A stretch of DNA of 64,000 bases from the IMG/VR virus record IMGVR_UViG_3300030060_007423, positions 32,001 through 96,000 of that record; one strand, given 5' to 3'. The notes beneath the pieces were generated by a model. It searched no databases, was not told the DNA's origin, and worked only from the letters and a program-made list of their open reading frames with translations. Positions 62,494-64,000 of this stretch are shown here, piece after piece. A program made the translations under genes and the position numbers. Numbering within the stretch: the first letter of the stretch is position 1; every line of letters begins with the position of its first letter. This stretch comes from a virus.

Positions 62494-63209
62494 AAAATAT
62501 AGCAATTATAGGATTAGGCGAAATAGGTTCATCTCTTTATGAAGTTTATAAGGCCAAAGGTATTATACCACAGACACGTGATGTAGATGGAGATATAACT
62601 GGCGATATAGATATTTTAGATATTTGTATTCCAGGACAATTACCAGATTTTGTTGATGTGGTTAATAATTATGTTGAACAATATAATGCAAAGATTGTAA
62701 TTATTCATTCAACAGTACCTGTAGGTACAACTGAAAAAATAAAAAATGCTGTACATTCTCCAGTTAGAGGTGTACACCCAAACCTTAAACAAGGTATTGA
62801 AACATTTTACAAATTTATAGGTCATAATGATTATTCGTTGGGCGAACAAGTTGCTGAACACTACAAGTCTTTAGGTATAAATTATGCTCTTTGGCCAGAT
62901 TCAAAGTCAACTGAATTAGCAAAGCTTTTGAGTACAACATATTATGGACTTTGTATTGCTTGGCATGGTGAAATGAATAAGATGTGTGAAAAGTATGGTG
63001 TAGGAATGGATACTATAGATGAATGGACAGAAACATACAATGAAGGTTATAAAGATCTTGACATGCCTCATGTTGTAAGACCTCAATTGTATGCACCAGG
63101 AAAAGGTGGAATTGGTGGCCATTGTGTAATATCAAATGTTGATATTTTAAGTAAAGATAATAATTCATTAGCATTGGATTTAATTAAAAAGTATAGACCT
63201 AAAAAATGA
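62490..63209 (+). CDS. UDP-glucose/GDP-mannose dehydrogenase family, short form
   Basis: IIGLGEIG, HSTVPVGTT, HSP, ELAKL, IGGHCV; lacks the C-terminal domain. Confidence 0.82.
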   Translation: MKNIAIIGLGEIGSSLYEVYKAKGIIPQTRDVDGDITGDIDILDICIPGQLPDFVDVVNNYVEQYNAKIVIIHSTVPVGTTEKIKNAVHSPVRGVHPNLKQGIETFYKFIGHNDYSLGEQVAEHYKSLGINYALWPDSKSTELAKLLSTTYYGLCIAWHGEMNKMCEKYGVGMDTIDEWTETYNEGYKDLDMPHVVRPQLYAPGKGGIGGHCVISNVDILSKDNNSLALDLIKKYRPKK

Positions 63210-63430
63210 CAGAGTATTTTTTAATATATGATAATGATGAACCAATTAGTTTAGGTACTGATAATAGTTTTGGTGTATTTTGGGGTGAGCAAGGAATAAC
63301 AGCTTTAATGCAAATGGTAGACAAGCACCCAGATGAATTACATAAAGTTGTTATAAAAACTGACAAAGGTAAAAAAATGAGTGTATCTGAGTTTTTATCA
63401 GCAATTGCTGAACTTAAAGTAAGAGTTTAA
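63206..63430 (+). CDS. Hypothetical protein
   Basis: 74 aa, ATGA-coupled. Confidence 0.65.
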   Translation: MTEYFLIYDNDEPISLGTDNSFGVFWGEQGITALMQMVDKHPDELHKVVIKTDKGKKMSVSEFLSAIAELKVRV

Positions 63431-63457
63431 CCATTAATTTATATATTTATATATGAT

Positions 63458-63727
63458 ATGTCAACAAAGAAGAATAAGATGAAATACGGAAGTTACTTAA
63501 GTAAAGTTGGATACTTAGACATTAGGCAAAAGTTTACATTACCAAGAAAGGTAAAGAACAGGTCTACTGGAGAAATATCTACAACTGGTGGTACTACAAA
63601 CATTTGTATATTTCACGGTAAGCATGCTCTTGAAGAAAATTTGAAAAGCAAGCAACATGCAGAAAAACGTGCCTTGGAATTAATAAAAAATGGTGTGAAG
63701 TATAATAAACATGATAAGCGGAAATAA
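63458..63727 (+). CDS. Basic hypothetical protein
   Basis: 89 aa; class-2 motif at 63442-63451 just upstream. Confidence 0.65.
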   Translation: MSTKKNKMKYGSYLSKVGYLDIRQKFTLPRKVKNRSTGEISTTGGTTNICIFHGKHALEENLKSKQHAEKRALELIKNGVKYNKHDKRK

Positions 63728-63893
63728 CATAGGAAATCGTGTAAAGGTTTCTACAGTAGTTACTACTGACAAGGGAGCATTATATCCTAAAGATATATTA
63801 AAAGTTGAAAATGTTGTAAATGGCAAAGTTTTAGTCTCTACACTATCAGGTGTGCAACATTGGATAGATAAAACCCTTGTAAATCTTATTTAA
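63711..63893 (+). CDS. Hypothetical protein (SH3/KOW-like)
   Basis: 60 aa, beta-rich. Confidence 0.55.
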   Translation: MISGNNIGNRVKVSTVVTTDKGALYPKDILKVENVVNGKVLVSTLSGVQHWIDKTLVNLI

Positions 63894-63952
63894 TACCAGT
63901 GAATTGATATTTATTTTAGTATAATAATATATGTTTTTAGGAGAGCAAAAAA

Positions 63953-64000
63953 ATGAATATCACAAGAGAACAGGTAGAGGCGGCTGTAAAAGCAAAGGGC
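63953..64000 (+). CDS. 5' end of a CDS running off the window (MNITREQVEAAVKAKG...)
   Basis: AGGAG SD; class-2 motif GATATTTATT at 63906. Confidence 0.7.
   Translation, partial: MNITREQVEAAVKAKG

Noticed and set aside
837-63122. The many minus-strand and nested alternative-frame ORFs in the track (e.g. 5708..6337, 37183..37737, 3536..3856)
   Set aside because: All lie inside well-supported + strand genes, have no motifs or RBS, and look like antisense or frame shadows.
41124-63209. Bacterial LPS/capsule locus (host contamination or prophage boundary)
   Set aside because: Same strand, composition and phage promoter motifs as the flanking DNA, interspersed phage-type hypotheticals, and no wzx/wzy/ABC export genes.
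1-64000. Stop-codon reassignment, inteins, introns, integrase or transposase
   Set aside because: Genes are full-length in the standard code and end in TAA, TAG or TGA; RecA, helicase, NrdJ and PolB have normal lengths; no recombinase or transposase motifs seen.

Overview
A 64-kb segment of a large, AT-rich, tailed dsDNA bacteriophage genome, probably a myovirus-type large or jumbo phage. Essentially all real genes are on the + strand, tightly packed and often translationally coupled. Module order: (1) tail and baseplate (tail-assembly chaperone with a probable +1 frameshift, tape measure, tube initiator, LysM, hub; 1-11.3 kb); (2) replication and recombination (divergent family-A polymerase, Hc1 histone-like protein, gp32-like SSB, RecA/UvsX, 5'-3' exonuclease, DnaB/gp41 helicase, class II RNR; 11.3-22.5 kb), with a ~290-nt highly structured, multiply pseudoknotted non-coding element between recA and the exonuclease; (3) a cytosine-hypermodification-like cluster (dCMP-specific thymidylate-synthase homologue, dUTPase, HAD, sugar nucleotidyltransferase-kinase fusion, T4 beta-glucosyltransferase-like enzyme, atypical C5-methyltransferase, plus PMM and a degenerate flavoprotein; 23.7-32 kb); (4) tRNA-His, PolB, GroES/GroEL and a Cas4/AddB-like nuclease; (5) sulfate activation (CysC-HAD, small HxGH nucleotidyltransferase, DUF2061) followed by a ~22-kb glycan biosynthesis island (about 10 glycosyltransferases, sulfotransferase, Gmd, DegT, NeuB/NeuA, KdsB, GT29). 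Two recurrent intergenic motifs (TTTTTAT-N-GTTATATT and ATATTTAT) look like two promoter classes. All product calls come from motif recognition by eye; no database searches were run.
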